Part shown: positions 37,510 to 46,346 of the stretch, in pieces
How the letters are laid out: every line of letters begins with the position of its first letter
Numbering within the stretch: position 1 is the stretch's first letter
Source: Candidatus Saccharicenans sp.
GTDB lineage: Bacteria > Acidobacteriota > Aminicenantia > Aminicenantales > Saccharicenantaceae
Length of the DNA stretch: 64,000 nt
NCBI GenBank assembly: GCA_029907135.1
Contig: JARYMJ010000003.1
Location: 4,472 to 68,471, forward strand
Reading direction: 5' to 3'
Translations under genes and position numbers: made by a program
Notes under the pieces: generated by a model
What the model saw: only the letters and a program-made list of their open reading frames with translations
Database searches by the model: none
What the model was told of the DNA's origin: nothing

Positions 37510-38283
37510 ATGCTGGAAAACCTGCTCATCATCTTCAGGCACATGCAGTTCACTGATATCCTCGATATCCTGCTGCTGGCTTTCATCCTTTATTCCATCT
37601 TTGTCCTGATCAAGGACACCCGGGCTTACCAGGTAACCTGGGGTATTCTCCTAGTCCTGTTTTTCTTCCTGTTAACCCAGTGGGCCCGGCTGTATGTTTC
37701 CAACCGGATTATCAAATCCTTCATCAATTACCTGATCATTGCCATCATCGTTCTGTTCCAGTCAGAACTGCGGCGCTTTTTTGCGGCCATCGGCTCCAGG
37801 ACTTTCCGGCGCCCGCTCAAGATCTACTCCCTCCAGGAAAAGCTGGATGACATTCTGCTGGCCGTAGATTATATGTCGCGGAAAAAAATCGGGGCCTTGA
37901 TTGCTATAGAAAAAGAAATAGACCTTTCGCCCCACGCCGAGCGGGGCACCCCGGTTGAGGCCCTGGTTTCCAAGGACCTGCTGGTCAGCCTGTTTTTCCC
38001 CAAGTCCCCCCTGCACGACGGGGCGGTCATCATCCGCGGCAACAGGATCATAGCCGCGGCCTGTCTTCTGCCGTTACCTCAGACCCACATCCTGGGCAAT
38101 AACTTCGCCACCAGGACCAGGCATCTGGCGGCCCTGGGCCTGGCCCAGCAAACCGACGCCGCGGTCATCGTCGTTTCTGAGCAAACCGGGGAAGTCTCCC
38201 TGGCCGCCAGGGGCCAAATCGAAAAGGTACCCGGCAAAGAAACCTTGAAATCCAGGTTGAATGAGCATCTGAACATAAAGTGA
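37510..38283 (+). CDS. cdaA: diadenylate cyclase CdaA (membrane-anchored DAC domain)
   Basis: The ATG at 37510 is 1 nt after the folP stop; the track start is TTG 37501. It has three N-terminal TM helices, a DAC domain with LHDGAVIIRG (DGA motif), and TRTRHLAALG...VVSEQTGEVS. Confidence 0.9.
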   Translation: MLENLLIIFRHMQFTDILDILLLAFILYSIFVLIKDTRAYQVTWGILLVLFFFLLTQWARLYVSNRIIKSFINYLIIAIIVLFQSELRRFFAAIGSRTFRRPLKIYSLQEKLDDILLAVDYMSRKKIGALIAIEKEIDLSPHAERGTPVEALVSKDLLVSLFFPKSPLHDGAVIIRGNRIIAAACLLPLPQTHILGNNFATRTRHLAALGLAQQTDAAVIVVSEQTGEVSLAARGQIEKVPGKETLKSRLNEHLNIK

Positions 38284-39011
38284 AGCTCATGATAAAAGAT
38301 ATCCTGATCCGCAACTGGCAACTGAAGGTGCTGGCTCTGCTGCTGGCTCTGGTACTATGGATTATCCTGATACCGGAGGAAAAAACTTTTGCCGAGAAAA
38401 ACTTGAGCCTCAACCTGGAGCTGGTCAACATTCCGCCCGAGGTCGAAGTCCTGGAACCACCCGATACTACCCTCAATCTGAAAGTCAGGGCCAGGAAGAG
38501 AATCATCAATGAATTACGACCGGAAGATTTCTCGGCCCGTCTTGACATGAGTCGGGCCAGCATCTACCAGCAGGAATACCTGATCGATGCCGGCATGATC
38601 AAAGCTCCCTCCGGGGTAGAAATCGTCAGCTTCAGCCCGGCCTACGTTCACGTCAAGCTGGAAAGAACCAAGAGAATGGAGATGGAAGTGGTCCCGACCA
38701 TCATCGGTCGGCCGCCCGAAGGTTACCGCCTGGAAAAGGTGGAGGTAACACCGGCCAGGGTGATGGTAGCCGGCCCGGAGAGTAAAATTCGTCCCCGGGA
38801 CAAAGTCATAACCAGTCCGATAGATGCCTCGACCCTGACCGCCAGCATTATCCTGGAGGTGGACCTGATTCTACCCCGGCCCGAGCTTAGACTGCTGACA
38901 CCCTATCCCCGGGCCAGGGTCAGCCTGGTGATAGAAAAAACAGGTCCGGGAAGCTCGACCCAGGCCGGCAGTAAACAATCGGCCAGGGCTTCCGGCCCGG
39001 GCCGTAATTGA
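38280..39011 (+). CDS. cdaR: CdaR / YbbR-like domain protein (CdaA regulator)
   Basis: Its GTG start overlaps the cdaA stop (GTGA). It has an N-terminal TM segment (WQLKVLALLLALVLWIIL) and repeated YbbR-type beta-rich segments. It occupies the conserved cdaA-cdaR-glmM position. Confidence 0.75.
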   Translation: MKLMIKDILIRNWQLKVLALLLALVLWIILIPEEKTFAEKNLSLNLELVNIPPEVEVLEPPDTTLNLKVRARKRIINELRPEDFSARLDMSRASIYQQEYLIDAGMIKAPSGVEIVSFSPAYVHVKLERTKRMEMEVVPTIIGRPPEGYRLEKVEVTPARVMVAGPESKIRPRDKVITSPIDASTLTASIILEVDLILPRPELRLLTPYPRARVSLVIEKTGPGSSTQAGSKQSARASGPGRN

Positions 39012-39079
39012 GCTTGCCAATAAAGGTGCCTCAGACCAACCTGATGCCCTCAAAATAAAGGAAAAGGAAAGATAAAGCT

Positions 39080-40423
39080 ATGCCCCAACTGTTCGGAACC
39101 GACGGACTCAGGGCCCGGGCGGGTGAATTTCCACTGGACGAAAAATCGGTATTTATTTTGGGCCGGGCTCTGGCCGAACTTCTCATCCGCCGGGGCCTTC
39201 AGCCCAGGATGGTCAGCGGGAGGGATACCCGCCAATCAGGACGCTGGCTGGAAGAATGCCTGACGGCCGGTTTTGCCCGGGGCGGCGGCCAGGCCATCTC
39301 AGCCGGGGTCATCACCACTCCAGGTATCTCTTACCTGGTTAGGAGCCATGATTTCAGCGCCGGCGTGGTCATTTCCGCCTCGCATAATCCTTACCTTGAC
39401 AATGGTATCAAGATCTTTTCTCACCGCGGAACCAAGATTGCCGAAAGCTGGGAGGAAGAACTGGAAAAAGAAATCATTTCCGGGATTCTCCCGCCCGCTG
39501 GGGTCAGAGAATCGGACCTTCGGGTTGACGACCAGCTGAAGCAGGCTTACCTGGATTTCCTGCGACAGGTCTATTCGGGACCGAGAAACAAAAAAATAAA
39601 GCTGGTGGTGGATTGCGCCAACGGGGCCAGTTCGGAACTGGCTCCCCGGCTTTTTTCCAGCCTGGGTTTTGAGGTGGTGACGATTAACAGCCAGCCTGAC
39701 GGTCAGAATATCAACCTGGGCTGCGGCTCGCTTCATCCGGAAAGGCTGGCTGAAATGGTCAGGAGCGAAAAGGCCGACCTGGGAGTGGCCTTTGACGGCG
39801 ATGCCGACCGGGCCATCTGGTCCGATGAGAAGGGCCGCATCCTCAACGGAGACCACACTCTTTATGTCCAGGCCCGGCATCTTAAGGACAAAAAGTCCCT
39901 GAAGAACAATACCGTGGTGGCCACCATCATGAGTAACATGGGCTTGGAAAAGGGCCTGGAGGAAAACGGCATCAGGCTGCTGCGGACGAAAGTGGGCGAT
40001 AAATATGTCTTGGATGAAATGCTGAAGAGTGATTATAACCTGGGAGGAGAACAATCCGGTCACACTATTTTTCTCGATCACTCGGTGGCCGGTGATGGCC
40101 TCCTGACCTCCTTAAAAATGCTGGAGGTCATGCTGGAAAAAGAGATGACCCTGTCGGAGCTGGTTAAAGATTTCCGGGAATTCCCGCAGATTCTGCTCAA
40201 TGTCAGGGTCCGGGAGAAAGTGCCCTTGGCCGAAATACCAGGCTACCAAGAAGCCATCGCCGAGGTAAAAGACCGCCTGGGCCGGTCTGGCCGGGTTGAA
40301 GTCCGGTATTCCGGCACCGAAATGCTGGCCCGGATAATGCTGGAAGGACCTGAGCAGAAACAGATAGAAGACCTGGCCGGAAAACTGGCCAGGCTCATAG
40401 AAGAGCACTGCGGCCTGAAATAG
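39080..40423 (+). CDS. glmM: phosphoglucosamine mutase
   Basis: 447 aa with FGTDG(L)RA, the active-site SASHNPYLDNGIK, DGDADR and GGEQSGH. Stop is TAG. Confidence 0.95.
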   Translation: MPQLFGTDGLRARAGEFPLDEKSVFILGRALAELLIRRGLQPRMVSGRDTRQSGRWLEECLTAGFARGGGQAISAGVITTPGISYLVRSHDFSAGVVISASHNPYLDNGIKIFSHRGTKIAESWEEELEKEIISGILPPAGVRESDLRVDDQLKQAYLDFLRQVYSGPRNKKIKLVVDCANGASSELAPRLFSSLGFEVVTINSQPDGQNINLGCGSLHPERLAEMVRSEKADLGVAFDGDADRAIWSDEKGRILNGDHTLYVQARHLKDKKSLKNNTVVATIMSNMGLEKGLEENGIRLLRTKVGDKYVLDEMLKSDYNLGGEQSGHTIFLDHSVAGDGLLTSLKMLEVMLEKEMTLSELVKDFREFPQILLNVRVREKVPLAEIPGYQEAIAEVKDRLGRSGRVEVRYSGTEMLARIMLEGPEQKQIEDLAGKLARLIEEHCGLK

Positions 40424-40513
40424 AATCAGCTCCGGGCTTGGGTCTATCAAGAAATTTTAGTAAGCTAATACCGGAATTTTTAAATTTATAGAATAATTGC
40501 AAGGGAGGTCCTA

Positions 40514-41227
40514 ATGCGACTGGCCGTAAATATTGATCATATTGCTACCATCAGGCAGGCCCGGCAGGCCCGGGAACCCGAACCGCTGCTGGCGGCGCTG
40601 CTGGCCGAGCAGGCTGGAGCCTGCGGCATCGTCTGCCACCTGCGCGGCGACCGCCGGCACATCCAGGAAAGAGACTTGAGGCTGTTGCGGGCAGTAATCA
40701 AGACCAAACTCAACCTGGAAATGGCGGCCACGCCCGAGATGTCAGCCATCGCCAGAAAAATTAAACCGGATGTGGTGTCCCTCGTCCCGGAAAGCCCGGC
40801 CGAAGTTACCACCCAAGGCGGCCTGGAGGTGATCAGCCAGCGGAAACGCCTGGTACCTTACATCGGGCAATTGAAAAGGGCCGGTATCAGGGTCAGCATT
40901 TTTGTCGACCCGGAAGAAAAACAAATCGCCGCCTGCCGAGAGGTCGGAGTGGACCTCGTTGAAATCAACACCGGGAAATATGCCGAGGCGGCAAAAGAAA
41001 AGGAGAGAGCAAAGCATCTGGCCCAGATTAAACGGGCGGCCGCCTATGCCCGCAGTCTGGGGCTGGAAGTGCATGCCGGGCACGGACTGGACTACTACAA
41101 CCTGACCCCGATTGTGGCCATCGAGGAAATCAGCGAGCTGAGCATAGGCTTCGCCATCGTGGCCCGGGCTGCCATCGTCGGGATTTCCCGGGCAGTCCAG
41201 GAAATGCTGGCCTTGATCAAGAGATAA
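40514..41227 (+). CDS. pdxJ: pyridoxine 5'-phosphate synthase
   Basis: 237 aa with LAVNIDHIATIRQAR, CHLRGDRRHIQ, LNLEMA, EINTG and HAGHGL. Confidence 0.93.
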   Translation: MRLAVNIDHIATIRQARQAREPEPLLAALLAEQAGACGIVCHLRGDRRHIQERDLRLLRAVIKTKLNLEMAATPEMSAIARKIKPDVVSLVPESPAEVTTQGGLEVISQRKRLVPYIGQLKRAGIRVSIFVDPEEKQIAACREVGVDLVEINTGKYAEAAKEKERAKHLAQIKRAAAYARSLGLEVHAGHGLDYYNLTPIVAIEEISELSIGFAIVARAAIVGISRAVQEMLALIKR

Positions 41228-41248
41228 GCCTGAAGTTGAAGGTATTTC

Positions 41249-42484
41249 ATGACCGAGTTGAAGGTAAATTTTTCTCGTCTGGTTAAGGACCTGGAAGAAC
41301 TCGGCCAGATCGGTCAGGACCAGCGGGGTGGGATATCACGACCCTCCTTCAGCCTGCCGGACCTGGAAGCCAGGACCTGGCTTAGAAGAAAAATCGAAGA
41401 GGCTGGGCTGATTTACAGGCAGGACGGCGCGGGCAATATCTTTGGACGCCTGCCCGGGGAGCAACCGCAGGTGGTCCTGGCCGGTTCTCATCTTGATACC
41501 GTTATAAGCGGCGGCCGTTATGATGGTTCGGTCGGGGTGTTAGCCGCCCTGGAAGGGCTACGCCGAATAAAAGAAGCAAATATCTGTCTGAAGAAGACCC
41601 TGGAGCTGGCCTCATTCACTGATGAAGAGGGCAACCTGGTGGGCGATTTCCTGGGCAGCCGGGCCTTCACCGGGCAACTGCTGGTTGACCAGTTGAAAAA
41701 TGCCCGCACCCAGTTCGGCCATCCGCTGGAAGAAATCCTGCAGAAAACCGGGCTGTCCATAGATTCTGTGCTGCGGGCGGCAGCCGAGAGACCGGAGGTG
41801 GTGGCCTTCCTGGAAATCCACATTGAACAGGGCCCGGTGCTGGAGGAAGAAGGCGTACCACTGGGCCTGGTTTCTTTGATCGCCGGCAAACGTTATTACC
41901 AGGCCACCTTCATCGGCCGGTCAGGACATGCCGGGACTACTCCCCTCGAACTCAGGCAGGATGCCTTTATCACCCTGGCTGATTTTGCCCTCCGCGCCAC
42001 CCAGCTGGTGGCCAGGAAATATTACGGCAACACCATTACCATCGGTCGAGTACTGCTCAGACCCGGTTCTTTTTCCATCATCCCGGGCGAAGCCGATTTT
42101 ACCCTTGACCTGAGGAGCCAGGAATCGTCCTCGCTCCGGGCCATGGAAGAGGAAGTCCTAGAACTGGCAGTTGAAGTGGCCTCGGCCCGGGGTCTAACCT
42201 TTTACCGGAAGCTCATCGACCGCACCGAGCCGGTAAAAATCGAGCCTGCAATGCTGGACCGGTTAAAGGGACTCTGCCAGAAACTGGGATACGACTACCG
42301 GCTGCTTCCGAGCGGGGCCGGGCATGATGCCCAGATTCTGGCAGCCATCTGCCCGGTGGCCATGATTTTTATTCCTTCCATTGACGGAATCAGTCACGCG
42401 CCGGAGGAAGCCATCAACCTGGAAGACCTGGAAAAAGCGGCCAACCTTCTGCTCCAGACCTTAATCAGCCTGGCTTCCGAATAA
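41249..42484 (+). CDS. M20-family amidohydrolase (allantoate amidohydrolase / N-carbamoyl-L-amino-acid hydrolase type)
   Basis: 411 aa with GSHLDTV..GGRYDGSVGV, FTDEEG, and HAG..P plus GAGHDA patterns typical of the AmaB/AllC group. Confidence 0.75.
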   Translation: MTELKVNFSRLVKDLEELGQIGQDQRGGISRPSFSLPDLEARTWLRRKIEEAGLIYRQDGAGNIFGRLPGEQPQVVLAGSHLDTVISGGRYDGSVGVLAALEGLRRIKEANICLKKTLELASFTDEEGNLVGDFLGSRAFTGQLLVDQLKNARTQFGHPLEEILQKTGLSIDSVLRAAAERPEVVAFLEIHIEQGPVLEEEGVPLGLVSLIAGKRYYQATFIGRSGHAGTTPLELRQDAFITLADFALRATQLVARKYYGNTITIGRVLLRPGSFSIIPGEADFTLDLRSQESSSLRAMEEEVLELAVEVASARGLTFYRKLIDRTEPVKIEPAMLDRLKGLCQKLGYDYRLLPSGAGHDAQILAAICPVAMIFIPSIDGISHAPEEAINLEDLEKAANLLLQTLISLASE

Positions 42485-42517
42485 TCCGGGTCAGGGCCGA
42501 GTTGCTAATTGCCGCCG

Positions 42518-42940
42518 TCAGCTGTCTTCGCTTCCGAGGAAGACCTTCCTCATTTCCTTCAACAGAGAGCGCCGTTTCTTGTCGGCCAGCATCTTTTCCT
42601 TGGCCCGTTTTGACCTTTTTCTTTTCTGGCGACGGATCTTTTCAATCCGTTGCTGTTCTTCTGTTTCCTTCCCCTGGATCTTGGCTTCCAGTTTTTCCAC
42701 CAGAATCCGCCTGGCCAAAAACCTGTTAATGGCCTGGGACCGCTCCTTCTGGCACTTGACTTCAATCCCAGTCGGCAGATGTTTTAAGTAGACGCAGGTA
42801 GCTGATTTATTGACTTTTTGTCCGCCTTTACCCTGGGAACGGATGAATTTCTCCTCCAGGTCTGATTCCTTGATACCCAGGCGGGCCATCCGCTCCAGCA
42901 GGTCTTTCTCCTTTTCCGGTCTGACCGGGAACAGGCCCAT
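42518..42940 (-). CDS. GGQ-domain peptidyl-tRNA hydrolase (ArfB / class-I release-factor-like) with basic C-terminal tail
   Basis: 140 aa with SQGKGGQKVNKSATCV (GGQ loop) and a Lys/Arg-rich tail (RRQKRKRSKRAKEKMLADKKRR). Confidence 0.8.
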   Translation of the reverse strand: MGLFPVRPEKEKDLLERMARLGIKESDLEEKFIRSQGKGGQKVNKSATCVYLKHLPTGIEVKCQKERSQAINRFLARRILVEKLEAKIQGKETEEQQRIEKIRRQKRKRSKRAKEKMLADKKRRSLLKEMRKVFLGSEDS

Positions 42941-43393
42941 TCTGATAACCTCTTTATTTTTATTTTACAACATCCAGCCGGCCAGTAACACCCAGCAATA
43001 GATAAATAGATAAATGAATAAAAAAATATCCAAAACCGGCGGGACCAAAACTCTCGGATTATGTCCCGGCCTCCCGACGCTGGCGGCTAAGCTGTCGGAA
43101 AGAAGCCGCCCTGACTGCCGTTGACCGCAGGTCTTTTATGACCGGGAAAGAATCCAGGCCGGCTTCACCTCTTCCCTACCAGCTGCCGCTGCGCCGCCTC
43201 CAAATACTTCCCTTATCCTGGATACCATGTCTTAACCTGAAAGAATTTTTAATTTGACCGGTGGCGGACAAAAGATTAAACTTGAAACCTTATGACAGAA
43301 GCCAGCCAGCTCTTGAAGCTCCGAGCCCAGCCGCAAACGGAAAAGCCTTAGAATAAGCCCTAAGAAAGCTAAGACCCACAATCAAGATAAAGG

Positions 43394-45136
43394 ATGAGGC
43401 CCATGATTTACAGAAAGCTTGCTCTAAAAGCAACGTTATTATTTATTTTGAGCCTTTTAATGCTGGCCGCCGGGCCAGCCTTTCCAGTGGACGGCCCCAG
43501 CCAGCAAAAAAGCCAGCCGTCCAGGAATCAGACGGCTGCGGAGACGCCAGCTCGGGCTGTCCCCGAGAACCTGCTCACGGTGGCTGAGAAAAGCAATTTT
43601 ACGGCCACGGCCCGCTACCAGGAGGTCATGGAATTAATCCGGGAACTGCAAAAATTGAGTCCACGCCTGCTCGTGGAAAACATCGGGACAACAGCCGAGG
43701 GCAGGTCTATCCCGATGCTGGTTATCAGCAACCCGCCCCTTCACAGTCCTCAGGCTGCCCGCAGCCTGAAGAAAACGACTGTTTACATCCAGGCTAACAT
43801 TCACGCCGGGGAAGTCGAAGGCAAGGAAGCTTCGTTGATGCTGGCCCGGGAAATCCTGCTCCATCCCAACCATCCTTACCTGCAAAACCTGGTCATCCTG
43901 ATTGTCCCCAACCTCAACGCTGACGGCAATGAGCGGATCAGCCCGGACAACCGGCGCCAGCAACCGGGCCCGGAACAGGGAGTGGGCATCCGTCAGAATG
44001 CCCTGAACCTGGACCTTAACCGCGATGCTGTCAAGCTGGAAAGCCCCGAGATGAGAGCGGTGGTCAAAAATATCCTCAATCGTTGGGACCCGCTCCTCAT
44101 TGTTGATTGCCATACCACTGACGGGGCCTACCATGAAGAAACAGTTACTTACTCCTGGCCGCTCAATCCCAACAGCGACCCTAAGCTCCTGGACTATCAG
44201 CGTCAGACCCTGCTGCCGGCCATCGTCAAGATATTAAAAGAAAAATATAAAACCCAGGCTGTTCCCTACGGCCTGTTCCGGGACTGGCGCGACCCGGCCC
44301 AGGGCTGGGTCACCTTTGAGCCGCAGCCCAGGTACTTCACCAATTACACTGGCCTCAGAAACCGCCTCTCCATCCTGGATGAAAATTACGTCCACGCCGA
44401 TTACCGGACCAGGGTGATGAGTTGTTTCCATTTTCTGAAAGCCATCCTGGATTATGCTTCAACCCGGACAGCGGAAATTCAGAAGATGGTGGAAGAAGCT
44501 GACCGGCGCACGGTCCAGCTGGGTTTGCTCCCGGAAACCAAGCCATTCGCGGTCGAGTTCGACCTGCAGCCCTTGCCCGGACCGGTCACCATCAATGCTT
44601 ACGAGCTGGAAGTCAGCGAAAGACCTGGCGGCGGTTTTCCCCAGTTAAAACCGACCGACAGAAAGAAACCGGTGACCGTCCCCTATCTGGCCAATTATGT
44701 CCCCAAAAGAACCGTTCCCTATCCGTTTGCTTACCTGGTGACAGTACCCGACCCGGAAATAAAAGACCGGCTCCTGGCTCACGGCCTCCTGGCGGAATCC
44801 CTGACGGCCGAGGTCAGCCTGGAAGTTGAAGTTTTCCTGCCCAAGGAACTGAAAGCCGCCGAGCGGCCATTTCAGGGGCATCGCCTCAACCAAGTCAAGG
44901 GTGAATACAAGAAGGAAACTCGGAAATTCCCGGCCGGGACGTTGCTGGTCAGGACAGCTCAGCCGCTGGGCATTCTGGCCGCCTGCCTGCTGGAACCGGA
45001 AAGTGACGACGGCCTGGTAGTCTGGAACTTCTTCGACCGCTACCTGGCTGGCCAGTGGCAGCGGGGGTTCAGCGAGCTTCCAGTTTACCGCCTGCTTCGC
45101 CCCGCCAACCTGCCGGCCGTGAAACTGGAAAGGTAA
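43394..45136 (+). CDS. secreted M14-family zinc carboxypeptidase-like protein
   Basis: 580 aa with a signal peptide. It has IQANIHAGEVEG (HxxE Zn site), LNADGNE, LNLDLNRD and VDCHT (third ligand). Confidence 0.75.
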   Translation: MRPMIYRKLALKATLLFILSLLMLAAGPAFPVDGPSQQKSQPSRNQTAAETPARAVPENLLTVAEKSNFTATARYQEVMELIRELQKLSPRLLVENIGTTAEGRSIPMLVISNPPLHSPQAARSLKKTTVYIQANIHAGEVEGKEASLMLAREILLHPNHPYLQNLVILIVPNLNADGNERISPDNRRQQPGPEQGVGIRQNALNLDLNRDAVKLESPEMRAVVKNILNRWDPLLIVDCHTTDGAYHEETVTYSWPLNPNSDPKLLDYQRQTLLPAIVKILKEKYKTQAVPYGLFRDWRDPAQGWVTFEPQPRYFTNYTGLRNRLSILDENYVHADYRTRVMSCFHFLKAILDYASTRTAEIQKMVEEADRRTVQLGLLPETKPFAVEFDLQPLPGPVTINAYELEVSERPGGGFPQLKPTDRKKPVTVPYLANYVPKRTVPYPFAYLVTVPDPEIKDRLLAHGLLAESLTAEVSLEVEVFLPKELKAAERPFQGHRLNQVKGEYKKETRKFPAGTLLVRTAQPLGILAACLLEPESDDGLVVWNFFDRYLAGQWQRGFSELPVYRLLRPANLPAVKLER

Positions 45137-45362
45137 AGAGAGCCAGCCCGTCCGGGTTGCCAGGCTGGACCGCTCTGGCTGGCGGCCGGATCGGAACTAC
45201 CCGGTGGTCGTCAGGCTCAAGGCTGGTACCTGTAAGCAGGTCGTCGGGCTGAATAAGCTAAAACTGTCCAGGCTGGTCTCGATTAATGGGCAAATGAAGT
45301 CAGTCCGAAAATCTTTGATTATGATTTCAAGTGGCGAATGAAGTTAGCAGGATTAAATTGGG

Positions 45363-46325
45363 TTACTTTCTGGCCGGTTTTTTCTTGCTGCTGGTTTTCC
45401 CGGCTTTCTTGACTTTGACCTTTCCGGCTGGTTTTTCCTTTTCTGGTTTCTCTTTTTCTGCTTTTTCGCTGGCCAGCCTTTCTTTCCTGGAAGCGATCAG
45501 GTACTTGCCGCAGTTTTCGCAGACATAAATATCATTACTTTCTTCTATGGCCGAGGCCATCTGGGTGGAAACGCTCATGTTGCAGCTGCGGCAGGCCCCA
45601 TCCACCACTTCGGCCACGGCATAACCGTAGCGTTCCATCAGCAAATCAAAACGGGCCAGCAAAGACTGGTCCAGCTCTTCCCGGATCAGGTTGCGGTGTT
45701 TCTGCAGTTCTTCCAGTTTCTCTTTGGGCGCCCGCCTTATTCTAATTTCAATATCCTGCAGCTTCTTGAGCAGGCTGGCCCGGTTGATGATTTTATCTTC
45801 CCGGGGGAAGGGAAACTGGATTTCTGACAGAACGCCATAGAGTTCGTTCTTGTCGCTGGTGTTCATGATCCTGTATCTGTTTTCGGGCTTGACGAGAAAG
45901 CGGGCCAGCCCGGCAAACAGATGGTTGAAAAGGCCGGGAATGGTTGGGTTCCAGATGACCAGAATGATCAGGTTGACCGGCTGGCCGTCCGGAGCCTGAA
46001 AATCAATCCCGGCCGGCGAGCGGCCAACGGCCACTGCGATCTGATTTTCCGTGTCTACCCGGGCATGGGGCACAGCGATCCCGTGTCCCAGGGCTGTGGA
46101 TTCCAGGTTCTCCCGGTCGACGATTCGGGTCAGGGTCAGATCCTTGTTATTGATCAGCTTTTGCTTGACCAGGCTGTCTAGAAGTTCTTCAATAGCTTCC
46201 AGTTTATCCCGGCTCTTGAGTTCAAAGATTATCTGGGAGGGCTTTAAGAATTCGCCGAAAGTGGTCTCTCTGAGGTTCATTGTCAAGTCAGGTATTGATT
46301 TTATCACAACCTCTGACTTTTGCAA
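45363..46325 (-). CDS. PTS EIIA(Ntr)/PtsN-like domain fused to coiled-coil, C4 zinc ribbon and Lys-rich tail
   Basis: 320 aa. The EIIA-2 pattern is FELKSRDKLEAIEELL...ALGHGIAVPHARV (phosphorylatable His). A heptad-rich linker follows. Then comes CRSCNMSV...VCENCGKYLI (DUF164/HP0958-type ribbon) and a tail KAEKEKPEKEKPAGKVKVKKAGKTSSKKKPARK. Start is uncertain: TTG 46325 or ATG 46280. Confidence 0.7.
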   Translation of the reverse strand: MQKSEVVIKSIPDLTMNLRETTFGEFLKPSQIIFELKSRDKLEAIEELLDSLVKQKLINNKDLTLTRIVDRENLESTALGHGIAVPHARVDTENQIAVAVGRSPAGIDFQAPDGQPVNLIILVIWNPTIPGLFNHLFAGLARFLVKPENRYRIMNTSDKNELYGVLSEIQFPFPREDKIINRASLLKKLQDIEIRIRRAPKEKLEELQKHRNLIREELDQSLLARFDLLMERYGYAVAEVVDGACRSCNMSVSTQMASAIEESNDIYVCENCGKYLIASRKERLASEKAEKEKPEKEKPAGKVKVKKAGKTSSKKKPARK

Positions 46326-46346
46326 TAACCGGAAAAAATTTACCGC

